From: a virus | Lineage: Duplodnaviria; Caudoviricetes | DNA length: 57,264 nucleotides | Virus record (IMG/VR): IMGVR_UViG_3300037248_000259 | Coordinates: 1-57,264 of that record | Reading direction: 5' to 3' (one strand) | Shown here: piece by piece, positions 7,930-17,580 of the stretch | Layout: each line of letters starts with the position of its first letter | Numbering within the stretch: position 1 is the first letter of the stretch | Made by a program: the position numbers and the translations under genes | The notes under the pieces: model-generated | What the model was told of the DNA's origin: nothing | Database searches by the model: none | The model's input: only the letters and a program-made list of their open reading frames with translations

Positions 7930-8489
7930 AATACGGATACGCCCGCGTCTCGTCGCACGGCCAATCGCTAGACGAGCAAATCGCCAAACTACGCGCCGCG
8001 GGGTGCGAAATCATCCGCGCGGAGAAAGTTTCCGGTAAATCGCTGGAAAGCCGTGACGAACTCGAAACCCTGCTGCAGTTCGCCAGGAGCGGCGACGAAG
8101 TCTGGATCACCCGCATCGACCGCGCCGCCCGCTCCTTGCGCGACCTGCTATCGATCGTCGAGCGCCTGCGCGAGCGCGGAGCCGCGTTGCGCGCCACCGA
8201 CCAGGCGCTTGGCGACCCTGATACGCCAGCCGGCGCCGCCTTCCTGTCGATGCTCGGAGTCTTCGCGCAATTCGAGCGCGACCTGATCCTTGAGCGCCAA
8301 CGCGAAGGCATCGCTCGCGCCAAGCGCGAAGGCAAGATGAACGGGCGCCCGGGCCCGCGCGTCGAACGTGGGGCGGTCGCGCGTCTGCTTGCTGAACAAG
8401 TGCGGCCAGTCGACATCGCCAAGCGCCTGAAAATCGGCCGCGCCACCGTTTACCGGATCATCGATGAACTATCAGGGGCCGCAACATGA
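7926..8489 (+). CDS. Serine resolvase/invertase with C-terminal HTH
   Basis: YGYARVSS catalytic motif, ITRIDRAARS, FAQFERDLILERQREGIARAK, IAKRLKIGRATVYR. Confidence 0.95.
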   Translation: MKYGYARVSSHGQSLDEQIAKLRAAGCEIIRAEKVSGKSLESRDELETLLQFARSGDEVWITRIDRAARSLRDLLSIVERLRERGAALRATDQALGDPDTPAGAAFLSMLGVFAQFERDLILERQREGIARAKREGKMNGRPGPRVERGAVARLLAEQVRPVDIAKRLKIGRATVYRIIDELSGAAT

Positions 8490-8519
8490 AAAATAAAATA
8501 AAAAACGTCTCAACCACCG

Positions 8520-8975
8520 TCACCTTTGGATAACCTTGGCTCGCGCCGCCCGTTCGCCGGGCGGCGCCGGCCTGTCTGCTCGCTCCCGCTCCTTGACCGG
8601 TGAAAAATCAGGCGCGGCGACGCCCTTTTTTGCCAACGCCGCCGCACGTACCCGCGCTCCGCCGTTATGCGCTGCGATCTTAAGTTGGCGTCGAGATGTC
8701 ACCCTAAAATTAAAATACTCGTCGAGATAAGGCTTGATGTCTCGAAAAAGCTCCATAATGTCAATGCGGTGCATTCGCCACGTCGTTCCGTGCGCCCGAC
8801 AAATCGAAAATAACTCGCTAGAACTAATCGGTAAATCTCGACATTCTGTGAGCCAATAGTGTTCAACAATACTCCAAAGCATGCCGCGCCCCGCCGCCGG
8901 AAGCGCTCTGTAAATCGGATGCTCAACTATAGGCTGAATCGGTATCGGGTACACAACCCTGCGCTGCTTTTTCAT
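8520..8975 (-). CDS. YdaU/DUF1376-like replication-associated protein
   Basis: LPAAGRGMLWSIVEHYW...LP.SSSEL..IC pattern. Confidence 0.5.
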   Translation of the reverse strand: MKKQRRVVYPIPIQPIVEHPIYRALPAAGRGMLWSIVEHYWLTECRDLPISSSELFSICRAHGTTWRMHRIDIMELFRDIKPYLDEYFNFRVTSRRQLKIAAHNGGARVRAAALAKKGVAAPDFSPVKERERADRPAPPGERAARAKVIQR

Positions 8976-9096
8976 ATCCGCGAAAAGCCGCCCTGCCGTC
9001 CCCTTGTCAAGGCCAGGGATCATTAACCGACGCTGATGTCCACCTTCAATCCGATCCGCCCCGAGGTCGATCCGTCGTGTTGACGTCCACCGCGAC

Positions 9097-9125
9097 TTGA
9101 CAAACCGTCGCTTCGTCGCTATCAC
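9097..9125 (+). promoter_or_regulatory. Sigma70 promoter upstream of the replication region
   Basis: TTGACA-N17-TATCAC. Confidence 0.6.
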
Positions 9126-9281
9126 TCCTCAGACCGGTACTCTACCGAGATACGACGCAACTCGAAACGAAACAGTACCCTATAGTCCGCTGTTCGCCTC
9201 TTTGTTTTATTCAGGGCACCCTTAAGGGGGTCCCTAATAAAGTGACGGAACCCGAAGTCGCGCGCGCGAGGAGATTTCCCG

Positions 9282-10022
9282 ATGTACTCTAAGACCTGGC
9301 CGAGACTGGTGGATAACGGCGCCGCGCCGGAAAATGCGATATGGATGCGGTCGCGAAAATGGGTTGGGCGCGTGAATTTTTTTCGAAGCTCGGCTGTAGG
9401 ACTTAGCGTAAACGAGGCGCAGTGCGCTCGGCTCGAGAATTTACGGCGGCTGATCGGCTGGTGGGAAAAGGATGTTTACCGCGACGTTCTCGCCGCAGCG
9501 TTAAAATGGCCGCGGATGCGGCGCGAGAAAACCAATAAAAAAGGTAAAGTCAGCGTCAGGACGGCGATGTCGTGGCCGGATGACTTCTCGCGCAACGTGC
9601 TTGCCGTGGTCAACATGAGCATCGCTCGCGAATGGGAAAAACGCGACGACGGGCCGCCGGCGTTTCTGGCTCCGATCCAGCCGGGCGGGTGGGAATGGAC
9701 GGCGCTGACGCGCTCGCTGACGCGCGAGCTCGGCGAATTCGAGCGCCAGGTGAAGAACGGTCAGACGCCGACCCGATCGCTATCGGCGATTACCACCGTC
9801 CGGCTCGGGGGCGGGATTTTGTACGGGGCGCCGCTTACGCAAGAAAAAGACTTCCTGGAGATCGAAGGACTTGGGCGCGTTTACGTCCCCGACGCGCCTG
9901 AGAGCGTCGAACTCGCGTGGTACTGCGAAGTTGCGTTGATCCGGCGCACCTGGATGATTCGTTTCGTGTTCACTTCGGAAAAACGGGTTCCCGCAACCTT
10001 TTCAGTGTCGAGGGTGAAATGA
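9282..10022 (+). CDS. Hypothetical protein (weak resemblance to TnpB N-terminal half, no RuvC)
   Basis: GAGGAG RBS; 246 aa; see findings. Confidence 0.6.
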   Translation: MYSKTWPRLVDNGAAPENAIWMRSRKWVGRVNFFRSSAVGLSVNEAQCARLENLRRLIGWWEKDVYRDVLAAALKWPRMRREKTNKKGKVSVRTAMSWPDDFSRNVLAVVNMSIAREWEKRDDGPPAFLAPIQPGGWEWTALTRSLTRELGEFERQVKNGQTPTRSLSAITTVRLGGGILYGAPLTQEKDFLEIEGLGRVYVPDAPESVELAWYCEVALIRRTWMIRFVFTSEKRVPATFSVSRVK

Positions 10023-10450
10023 CTACGAAAACCGACCAGCTGACCGCCATGCTGACTTGTGAGATTTTGAACACGCTGCACCGCTACGGGCGGGCGGCGC
10101 GCGAGCTTGGTTGCGAGCTCGGACGCGCACTTAGGCCTGGGAAGCGCAGCGAGCTTCCGGCGCTGCTCGAGGCGCTGGGCGGGACGGTCGAGACCGAGGC
10201 TGCCTTGATCGCCAAGCTGGTCGAGGCTGAAAGCACGGGACAGGAACTGATCAAGCCGAAACGCGGCCGGCCGCCGACGCAGGCCGACGCCGCGCTGCTG
10301 TACGGCCTCGTGAAAGACTTGCACGCCGTCTGGCGAGGGCGCGAAATCATTCCCTCGCCCGCCTACCTGGGGCAGATCGACAGCCGGGTGGCGGTCGCCG
10401 ACGACCTGATGGCGGCGCTGCGGGGCGAAACGATCGGTCAACGACGCTGA
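10019..10450 (+). CDS. Hypothetical protein
   Basis: ATGA overlap; AT-hook-like KPKRGRPP. Confidence 0.6.
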   Translation: MTTKTDQLTAMLTCEILNTLHRYGRAARELGCELGRALRPGKRSELPALLEALGGTVETEAALIAKLVEAESTGQELIKPKRGRPPTQADAALLYGLVKDLHAVWRGREIIPSPAYLGQIDSRVAVADDLMAALRGETIGQRR

Positions 10451-10635
10451 CCCTTGCGTGACGAAAATACGACACCACTACCGGCAGCGGCTTGACGCCG
10501 CTGCGATTGCGAGCGTCAAATCGACCTTCCCGCCAGGAGGAAATCTCATGCTCGAATTCCGTTTTGCGCTTTTGAGCTCCGTTTCCTTCCGCGCGCTTAC
10601 CTTCGCCCGCTGGCCGCTTTACGCCTAGCCGCGCC

Positions 10636-12534
10636 GTGGTCCCCTTATCCGAGACTGAAACATTGTTCGCCTGGGCGCTCGGCGAGCGGCTGGCGCTGTT
10701 TCCGATTCCAGCCAATCGCAAGCGCCCGCAAGGCATCGTCCGCTCGCACGCCGAGGACTGGTCGAAGGATCGCGACCAGTGGCGGCGCTGGCGCGACGGG
10801 ACGAAGGGCTGCAACTTTGGAATTCCGGCCGGCGCGTCGGGACTGATCTTTGTGGACGTCGACGTCGATTCCGAAGGCCGCCCCTGGCTCGCCGATTATG
10901 TCAATTGGGACAGTAGTGCTGACCGATCGGCCTGCGTGCATACGCCGAGCGGCGGCCTGCACTTCTATTACCGAGCCGACGACGCCGCTAATTTACGCCA
11001 GCCGGATATTTTGCGCCGCCGCATCAACGTGCGCGCCGGCCGCGGCTACGTGCTGGCGCCCGGCTGCCGCACGCTCAACGCCGTCGACGACCAGGCGTCC
11101 GACGGCTGCTATGCGGCGGAAGCGGCCTTCCGGCTGATCCCGCCGGCCACCGCCAAGCTGCTTACGCATTGCGCCGGCGTGATTGACCGGCCGCGGGTCG
11201 ATCACGCTCCCGGCAAGCTCGACGGCGACGGCCTGCCGGCCGATCCGGTGGCGCGCCTGGAGGCCGAGACGCGCGAGCGGGCGATCCTCGAGCGGCTGCG
11301 CGGCGCGGGACGCGGCGAGCGCAACAACCGCCTCAACGAGGCGGCGTTCGCGCTTGGCGGGCTGGTTTCCCGCGGCCTGCTCGAACTTGGCCGCGCCGAG
11401 GCGGCGTTGCGCGCCGAGGGCGAAGCCTTGGGCCTGCCGCGCGAAGAAGTTCGCGACACGGTGCGCTCTGGTCTGCGCGCCGGCCCGCGCGCCGAGGAGC
11501 CGCGCAGCGCCCTGGGGGCCCTGTTCGCCACCGCCGCGCCGATTAAGGCGTTTCCTGAAAAACCCTCGCCAGCGGCTCCCGCCGACGGTTTTACGGCCGT
11601 TCCCGAGCCGATCGTCGAGCGGTTGCTGCTCGAGGGGGCGGTGACGACGCTTTCCGGCGCGTCGGGCTCCGGCAAGACGACGCTGGCAGCCTCGCTGGTG
11701 GCGGCGTCATGCGCTGACTGCTGGGATTTCAATCTCGGCTTCGCTCCGAACATGAGCAACGTCGGGATACGACCGGCCGCCTGGCTGTTCGTCAGTTACG
11801 AGGGCGGCCAGCACATCGCCCGCTCGACGGCGGCCTGGCACGCCGGGACAGGACTACGTCCTGTCCGCTCGGAGCGCTGCGAGATGCTATGGCCGCGCTC
11901 GGGTCCGCTGGTCGCCTCGCACAAGCGCGAGGTCGTCATCGACGAGCGGCAGGTCAAGGAACTGACGGCGCGGCTCGAGATTCTGCGCAAGCTCGGCCTG
12001 CCGATCGCCGTCGTCATCGACAACGCCACCGCGGCGGTCGAGGACGCCACTGACAACGTCCAGGTCAGCGTCTTCATGCGCGCCATGAAATCGCTGGCCG
12101 AGCAGGGCTGCTCGGTGCTGATCCTGGCGCATCCGCCGAAAGCCCGCACGTCGACGGTTTACGGCTCGCATATCTTTCTGGCGCTGGCCGATATCGTCGG
12201 CGACATCAGCCTGCTGCGGCGCGACGTCGACGGCGGCTGGCTGCAGTGGGTTTCGTTCGAAAAGCATCGCGACGCGCCGAACGGCAAGTGCCTCGAATTG
12301 CGTTCGCGGCGACTGAGCTACCCGATCATCGAGCTTCCGGAAAATTGGGGCCACGGCAATTCGCAGATGCGTCAGCGCCAGATCGAGGATTTGCATATTC
12401 CGTATATCTACTCGATTCGCGTCCGCGCCGGAACTGATCGCGAAAACGCCGTCGCCGGCGTCGAGCGCGCGAGCGAAGTTTCGCCAAAAGAAGTGCAAAA
12501 CTTTAGCGTCAAAAAAGATGGAGAACAAAAATGA
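10636..12534 (+). CDS. Bifunctional primase-polymerase fused to RecA-like (AAA_25) helicase
   Basis: NFGIPAG...IFVDVD...TPSGGLHFYY...RGYVLAPG; GERNNRLN; Walker A GASGSGKT; VVIDN; LAHPPK. Confidence 0.9.
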   Translation: MVPLSETETLFAWALGERLALFPIPANRKRPQGIVRSHAEDWSKDRDQWRRWRDGTKGCNFGIPAGASGLIFVDVDVDSEGRPWLADYVNWDSSADRSACVHTPSGGLHFYYRADDAANLRQPDILRRRINVRAGRGYVLAPGCRTLNAVDDQASDGCYAAEAAFRLIPPATAKLLTHCAGVIDRPRVDHAPGKLDGDGLPADPVARLEAETRERAILERLRGAGRGERNNRLNEAAFALGGLVSRGLLELGRAEAALRAEGEALGLPREEVRDTVRSGLRAGPRAEEPRSALGALFATAAPIKAFPEKPSPAAPADGFTAVPEPIVERLLLEGAVTTLSGASGSGKTTLAASLVAASCADCWDFNLGFAPNMSNVGIRPAAWLFVSYEGGQHIARSTAAWHAGTGLRPVRSERCEMLWPRSGPLVASHKREVVIDERQVKELTARLEILRKLGLPIAVVIDNATAAVEDATDNVQVSVFMRAMKSLAEQGCSVLILAHPPKARTSTVYGSHIFLALADIVGDISLLRRDVDGGWLQWVSFEKHRDAPNGKCLELRSRRLSYPIIELPENWGHGNSQMRQRQIEDLHIPYIYSIRVRAGTDRENAVAGVERASEVSPKEVQNFSVKKDGEQK

Positions 12535-12684
12535 TAAAAAGACCATCTCTTGATGTGCAAATGCTTGATCTGATTCGCATCATGAACGAAGACGAGCCGA
12601 TGCTTCCAGAACAGCTCAAACGCGCCGTCATAGCGACGCGGCAAATGGATCAGCGTCGCGCGAAACGTCAACGAAAAAAATAAA

Positions 12685-14343
12685 ATGCCTCTCCTCCGCT
12701 ATCACGACGGCGCGTTTTTCGCGACCGGCCTCTCGACCGACGCGATTCGCGCCGTCATGTCGTTGCAATGGCGCTCGCATCCCGATTCGACCTACGCTAA
12801 TCCGCTTTGGATGACGCGCTCGCCGTATCTGGCGGCGCCGTTCTGGGATTGGGTCGGCGACGAGGCGACCCGCCAGGCGCTCGGGCCGTTCGCCTGGAAC
12901 TACCAGACTTCGTTCGCCAAGTTTCCGATCGCCGGGACCGGCGTCGATTCGATCCGCCTGCCGGTCGACGAAACTCCATATCCGTTCCAGATCGCCGGCG
13001 TGCAGCGCGGGTTGTTGCGCGACCGGCTGCTGATCGCCGACCAGCCGGGCTGTGGAAAAACGGTAGAAGCGCTCGGCGTCGCCAATATGACGCGACCGCG
13101 GCGCACCGTCATCGCCTGCCCGACGTTCCTGACCGAAAATTGGGCCAACGAATGCGAGCGCTGGCTGGTCGATCCGCAGCCGATCACCATTCTGGACCGC
13201 GCTAAAAAATCACTCGGCGAGCGCGGCATCGTCATCGTTCCTTATTCGCGCGGCCACACGTTTCACGCGCAGCTCGCCGCCGGCCCGCCGATCGACCTGC
13301 TGATCATGGACGAACTGCATCTATTAAAATCCGGATCGGCGCGCCGCACCGCCCCCTGGCTGGGCGGAAACGGCCTCGCGCGCGCGGCCAAGCGGGCGAT
13401 CGGCCTGACCGGCACGCCGACGCCGAATCATCCCGGCGAACTCTACGGCCCGCTATCGGTGCTGGCGCCGGAGCTGGTGCGCGGCGTCAGCGCCGCGCAA
13501 TTCGCTGATATCTATTGCGCCACGACTGAATTCAAGAAAAAGGTCACGCTCAAAAGCGGACGCGATAAGCAAATTGAAATCAAGAAGATAGAGAGCAAGA
13601 ACGAGCTCGTATTGAACGCCGAGCTGCGCGCTTCCGGCGTCATGGTGCGCCGGCTCAAGAACGACGTGCTCGAGCAGCTGCCGCCGAAGAACGTCTATTT
13701 CGTGCACATGACGCCCACTGCGGAAATCGACGCGCTGGTGCGCGAGGAGGCCGATCTTTACCAGCAATTGGAAATGCGGATCGTCACGTCGACGGAATTG
13801 ATTGCGCTCAAAGGCCACATCGCCAGCGTGCGGGCGCGGCTCGGTCTCTTGAAAGCTCCGAAGATCGCCGAGTATGTGCAATCGATCTTTGACGCTGGCG
13901 AGGACCGTGTCGTGCTGTTCATGCTGCATCTGGCGGCGATCGACGCCGTGGCGCGGCATTTTGCGGCGGGCGACGTCGTGGTGCATCCGCTGACCGGCGC
14001 CGAATCGCCGCTGACGCGCCAGAATCGGGTCGCCGACTTTCAAAAGCCGGGCGGTCGCAAGCTGGCGATCGGCCAGATTCGGGCCGCCGGGCTCGGCTTG
14101 ACGATGACTGCGGCGCGCTGGGGCGTGCTGGGCGAAATCTCGTGGACGTGGGATGACAACAGCCAGGCGATCGACCGTCTCCACAGAGTGACGCAAACGA
14201 GACAGGTAGAGGCGCCCGTACTCACGTTTCCTCATGCGGTTGAACAACGCGTCGTCCGAGCTAACGCCAGAAAGGCGCTTTCGTCGCGAAATGTTTTGGA
14301 TATTAATCTTCAGCGAATGATTAACAACGGGGCGGCGGCTTAA
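12685..14343 (+). CDS. SNF2-family helicase
   Basis: ADQPGCGKT, IMDELH, LTGTP, MVRRLK, GLGLTMT, QAIDRLHRVTQ. Confidence 0.92.
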   Translation: MPLLRYHDGAFFATGLSTDAIRAVMSLQWRSHPDSTYANPLWMTRSPYLAAPFWDWVGDEATRQALGPFAWNYQTSFAKFPIAGTGVDSIRLPVDETPYPFQIAGVQRGLLRDRLLIADQPGCGKTVEALGVANMTRPRRTVIACPTFLTENWANECERWLVDPQPITILDRAKKSLGERGIVIVPYSRGHTFHAQLAAGPPIDLLIMDELHLLKSGSARRTAPWLGGNGLARAAKRAIGLTGTPTPNHPGELYGPLSVLAPELVRGVSAAQFADIYCATTEFKKKVTLKSGRDKQIEIKKIESKNELVLNAELRASGVMVRRLKNDVLEQLPPKNVYFVHMTPTAEIDALVREEADLYQQLEMRIVTSTELIALKGHIASVRARLGLLKAPKIAEYVQSIFDAGEDRVVLFMLHLAAIDAVARHFAAGDVVVHPLTGAESPLTRQNRVADFQKPGGRKLAIGQIRAAGLGLTMTAARWGVLGEISWTWDDNSQAIDRLHRVTQTRQVEAPVLTFPHAVEQRVVRANARKALSSRNVLDINLQRMINNGAAA

Positions 14344-14540
14344 AATGGTAGCGGGAATTTACAAAATAGCCATTCATCGTTCCGATTACGATATCTAGCG
14401 CGCTGTGTTAGAATGTCAGAAATCGCTACCGCCACCCAGACCCGTAAACAGCTCGAACGCCAACGAGAACAAAATAACTGTTGACGTCAACCTATCTCGC
14501 ATGCTACTCGATGCGGCGGAATAGCCGAGACCGATTCGCG

Positions 14541-14882
14541 ATGAAATCTCCCAGGCCGTTGAAATTTAAGATGGTTCTCGACAATGGCGATATCGAGATT
14601 GTTCCTGGATGGGAATCGTCGCTGGTGCTCGGAATCCTGAAAGAGGAAGACGAGACTTTCTCTAGCATCATGTTGATGTCAGGCCGGCGTCTGTGGACGG
14701 CTTTCGAAACCGTCGACCAAGCCCACGAATTTAATCTTGCGGTGCTGCGTCATAATCGGCTGTTTCCCGGCACGCCTGACATCAATGAGTTTTTTGAGCG
14801 CGCCGGCAGTCGCGCGCGGGCGCTGGAATACGTGTCCGACGTGGCGCGCAGGGTCTTGAAGCGGAAGGAGCAGGCAGCATGA
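14541..14882 (+). CDS. Hypothetical protein
   Basis: ORF coupled to the next gene; TTGACG promoter-like site at 14481. Confidence 0.55.
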   Translation: MKSPRPLKFKMVLDNGDIEIVPGWESSLVLGILKEEDETFSSIMLMSGRRLWTAFETVDQAHEFNLAVLRHNRLFPGTPDINEFFERAGSRARALEYVSDVARRVLKRKEQAA

Positions 14883-15475
14883 TTCAGGTATCAAAAAAGA
14901 TTATCGTCGACGGCGAACCGATTATCGTCACCGCTGACGGCGGGTCGTGGGCGGAAGCGCTCAGCTTGGTCGAAGCGGCGGCCGAAGAACTCGGGGCAGC
15001 CCCGGTTGCTTCCGCTGCGGCGGAAGGCGGCCCGAAAAAGCGCGGCCGCCGCACCAAGGCTGAAATGGAAGCGGCGAAGGCTGCGGCGGCTGCGGCCGGC
15101 GCCGGCCTGCCGCCACACGCCAACGGTCAGGCGCCGTTGTTGCCGCCCGGACCCGCCACTGTGTTCGGCCCCGGCGTGCATTTCGCGCCGGAAGACCCGG
15201 CGCCGATCGGCGAGCGCTCGGTCGGTTTCGACGGGCCCCCGGATTTCGAGACTTCGCCGCCTCCGATCGAACAGGCCGACCCTTTCCAACAAATCAAAGA
15301 ACAGATCGCCCAAGAGGTCGGCGAGCAGGTGCGGATCGCCCCGGAATGGGAAGGCGCCATCTGCACGATGCGCGACAAGGCGCTGGTCGAGCATCCGAGC
15401 GACCTGCAGCTGGCGCTCGGCGACATCCGTCGCTACGGCGATCGCGTGCGGCAGGCCAAGGGAGTGGCGCGATAA
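14879..15475 (+). CDS. Hypothetical protein with Ala/Pro-rich linker
   Basis: KKRGRRTKAEMEA motif, typical of the gene preceding DUF2800. Confidence 0.65.
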   Translation: MIQVSKKIIVDGEPIIVTADGGSWAEALSLVEAAAEELGAAPVASAAAEGGPKKRGRRTKAEMEAAKAAAAAAGAGLPPHANGQAPLLPPGPATVFGPGVHFAPEDPAPIGERSVGFDGPPDFETSPPPIEQADPFQQIKEQIAQEVGEQVRIAPEWEGAICTMRDKALVEHPSDLQLALGDIRRYGDRVRQAKGVAR

Positions 15476-16617
15476 TGAACGACCACGCGCGCTTCGCCCC
15501 ATCCGCCGCCCACCGTTGGCTTAATTGTACGGCCAGCGTCAGCGCGGCGGAATGCTATCACGACGAGCACGGCGAAGCCGCGATGGAAGGCACGGCGGCG
15601 CACTGGCTGCTCGAGCGCTGTCTTGTGGATGGCGGCGATCCGGTCGACTTTCTCGGCCGGACGATCGTCGTGCGCGAGGATGCGGTCGAGCGCCGGTTCG
15701 TCGTCACCAAGGAAATGGCCTACGACGTCGAGACCGGCGTCGGCTTCATTCGCGAGGTTGCGAGCGCGCCGGGTTTATCCGGCGTCGAAGCGCGCATTGA
15801 TCTGTCGTTTATCGAAGTCAACCAATTCGGCACCTGCGACTTATGGCACTGGTCACAAGATGGCGTATTGACGATTTGCGATTTCAAATACGGCCGCACG
15901 AACGTCGAGGCTGAAAATAACCCGCAGCTGATGATTTACGCTGCGGGCGTCATGAATAATGAATTTTTGCGGGCGAGGTTAGACGTCATAAAATCGGTTC
16001 GCCTTGTCATCTTGCAGCCGCGCTCGGTCGCCGCCGTTCCGCGCATCAAAACGTGGACCGTCACGCCGGACGTGATCGCGGCGATCGTTCCGCTGGCGCA
16101 GGAGCGTATTCTTGAGGCCAACCATCAGCCGCGGTTCGAAATGGGCGAATGGTGCAAGTATTGTCCGGCGCTTGGCGACTGTCCGGCGTCGCAGCGCGAA
16201 TCGCTGGCGCTGGTGCCGCTGATCAATAGCCTGCCCGACCTGACGCCGAAGGACGCGGCGCGCATTCTGGCGAAAAAGGACCTGTTGGAAAAGATCGTCA
16301 AGAAAGCCGAAGCCGTGGCGCTCGACGCCATGCTGCATGGAACGAAACTGCCGGGCCTCAAGCTGGTCACCAGTCGACGGCATCGGCAATGGCGGGACGA
16401 ATCTTTGGCGCGTCAGGCTTTGGTCGACGTCGCAGGCGACGAGGCTTTGCAACTCGTAACGCCGGCGCAAGCGGATAAACTTGGCGCGGAAGCGAAGCGC
16501 GTCGTGGCCGAGTTCGCCTTTACGCCGGACGGCGATCCGGCTGTCGGAGCCGAGAACGATCGGCGCGCACTGTACGTGCCGAAAACAGCAACTGCAATGT
16601 TTGGAGCAGGAGGTTAA
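15475..16617 (+). CDS. DUF2800 PD-(D/E)XK (Cas4-like) exonuclease
   Basis: HARFAPSAAHRWLNC, EGTAAH, FGTCD, DFKYG, NPQLMIYA, WCKYCPALGDC. Confidence 0.9.
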   Translation: MNDHARFAPSAAHRWLNCTASVSAAECYHDEHGEAAMEGTAAHWLLERCLVDGGDPVDFLGRTIVVREDAVERRFVVTKEMAYDVETGVGFIREVASAPGLSGVEARIDLSFIEVNQFGTCDLWHWSQDGVLTICDFKYGRTNVEAENNPQLMIYAAGVMNNEFLRARLDVIKSVRLVILQPRSVAAVPRIKTWTVTPDVIAAIVPLAQERILEANHQPRFEMGEWCKYCPALGDCPASQRESLALVPLINSLPDLTPKDAARILAKKDLLEKIVKKAEAVALDAMLHGTKLPGLKLVTSRRHRQWRDESLARQALVDVAGDEALQLVTPAQADKLGAEAKRVVAEFAFTPDGDPAVGAENDRRALYVPKTATAMFGAGG

Positions 16618-16619
16618 GC

Positions 16620-17576
16620 ATGCCGTCGGTCAAAACTGAATTCTTTCTGACGCCGGAAGGACGATTCGTCTATCCGTTTTTAGACTTGCCACGCACCAAG
16701 GACCCGGCCGGCAAGCCGCTCGACGCACCAAAATATGAAGTTCGGATGTATATTCCGAAAACTTCACCGGACTGGCGGCAGTGCAAGGTTTACGCGATGC
16801 TCGCCGCCAAGGTGCAGGAGGTGCTCAACGCCGCGTTTCGCGGCCAATGGCCGATGCGCAACGGCGAGAATTGGCCGATCATTGATTGCGACGCCGACCC
16901 TCAGCGCCTGGAACGCGAACCGTGGAGCGCCGGCCACTGGGCGATCGCGCTGCACGCAGGGCAATTCCGCCCCAAGGTCGTCGACCAAGGCAACAACGAA
17001 ATTCCGGTTGATATCACAGGCCGTTTCCGCGACTTCAAAAGCGGCGACTACGGCTACGCTTCGATCAACTGCTATTCCTACGACAACATCAACAAAGGCG
17101 TGTCGTTCGGCGTCGAGGGCGTCAAGAAAACACGCGACGGCGAGATGGTGGGCGGCGGCCAGCGATCAGTCGAGCAGATGTTCGGCGGGCCGCCGGCCGG
17201 TCAGCCAGCCTTCCCGTCTGCGCCCTCCGGCTACGGGGCGGCGCAAGGCAGCTTTTCGCAGAACCCAGCCGGGTACGGCGCGCCGTTCAGTCCGCCGCCC
17301 GGTCAGCCTCCGCAACAGCAGCCTCCGCAGCAACAGTACGGCGCTCCGCCGCCTCCGCAGCAACAATACGGCGCTCCGCCGCCTCCGCAGCAACAATACG
17401 GCGCTCCGCCGCCTCCGCAGCAAGTTTACGGAGGAGCGCCGCCGGCGGGTCCGAATGGGCCGCCTCCGCAATACGCACCCGCGGGATTGCCTCCGCAGCA
17501 GCCGGGCTATGGCCAGCAAGGCGGGCCGGGCATGCCGCCCCCGCCGCCTATGGGACCGCCCATCGGCTCGCGATGA
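16620..17576 (+). CDS. DUF2815-type ssDNA-binding protein with long Pro/Gln-rich tail
   Basis: TPEGRFVYP, SGDYGYASIN.Y.Y..NKGVSFG..GV...DGE..GG; position between exonuclease and PolA. Confidence 0.85.
   Translation: MPSVKTEFFLTPEGRFVYPFLDLPRTKDPAGKPLDAPKYEVRMYIPKTSPDWRQCKVYAMLAAKVQEVLNAAFRGQWPMRNGENWPIIDCDADPQRLEREPWSAGHWAIALHAGQFRPKVVDQGNNEIPVDITGRFRDFKSGDYGYASINCYSYDNINKGVSFGVEGVKKTRDGEMVGGGQRSVEQMFGGPPAGQPAFPSAPSGYGAAQGSFSQNPAGYGAPFSPPPGQPPQQQPPQQQYGAPPPPQQQYGAPPPPQQQYGAPPPPQQVYGGAPPAGPNGPPPQYAPAGLPPQQPGYGQQGGPGMPPPPPMGPPIGSR
17321..17423 (+). repeat. 30-bp coding tandem repeat (about 3.4 copies, PPQQQYGAPP)
   Basis: GCCTCCGCAGCAACARTACGGCGCTCCGCC units. Confidence 0.95.
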
Positions 17577-17580
17577 TACT

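Noticed and set aside
7926-10022. IS607-like element (serine recombinase plus TnpB)
   Set aside because: The recombinase has a C-terminal HTH (resolvase type), the genes are not adjacent, and no RuvC motifs are present
15475-16617. Cas4 as part of a CRISPR adaptation module
   Set aside because: Standard DUF2800-DUF2815-PolA phage replication context, far from the RAMP locus
16735-17580. 959-aa PolA with a long N-terminal extension
   Set aside because: The extension is an alternate frame of the SSB gene; the exonuclease motif DFET begins just after ATG 17581
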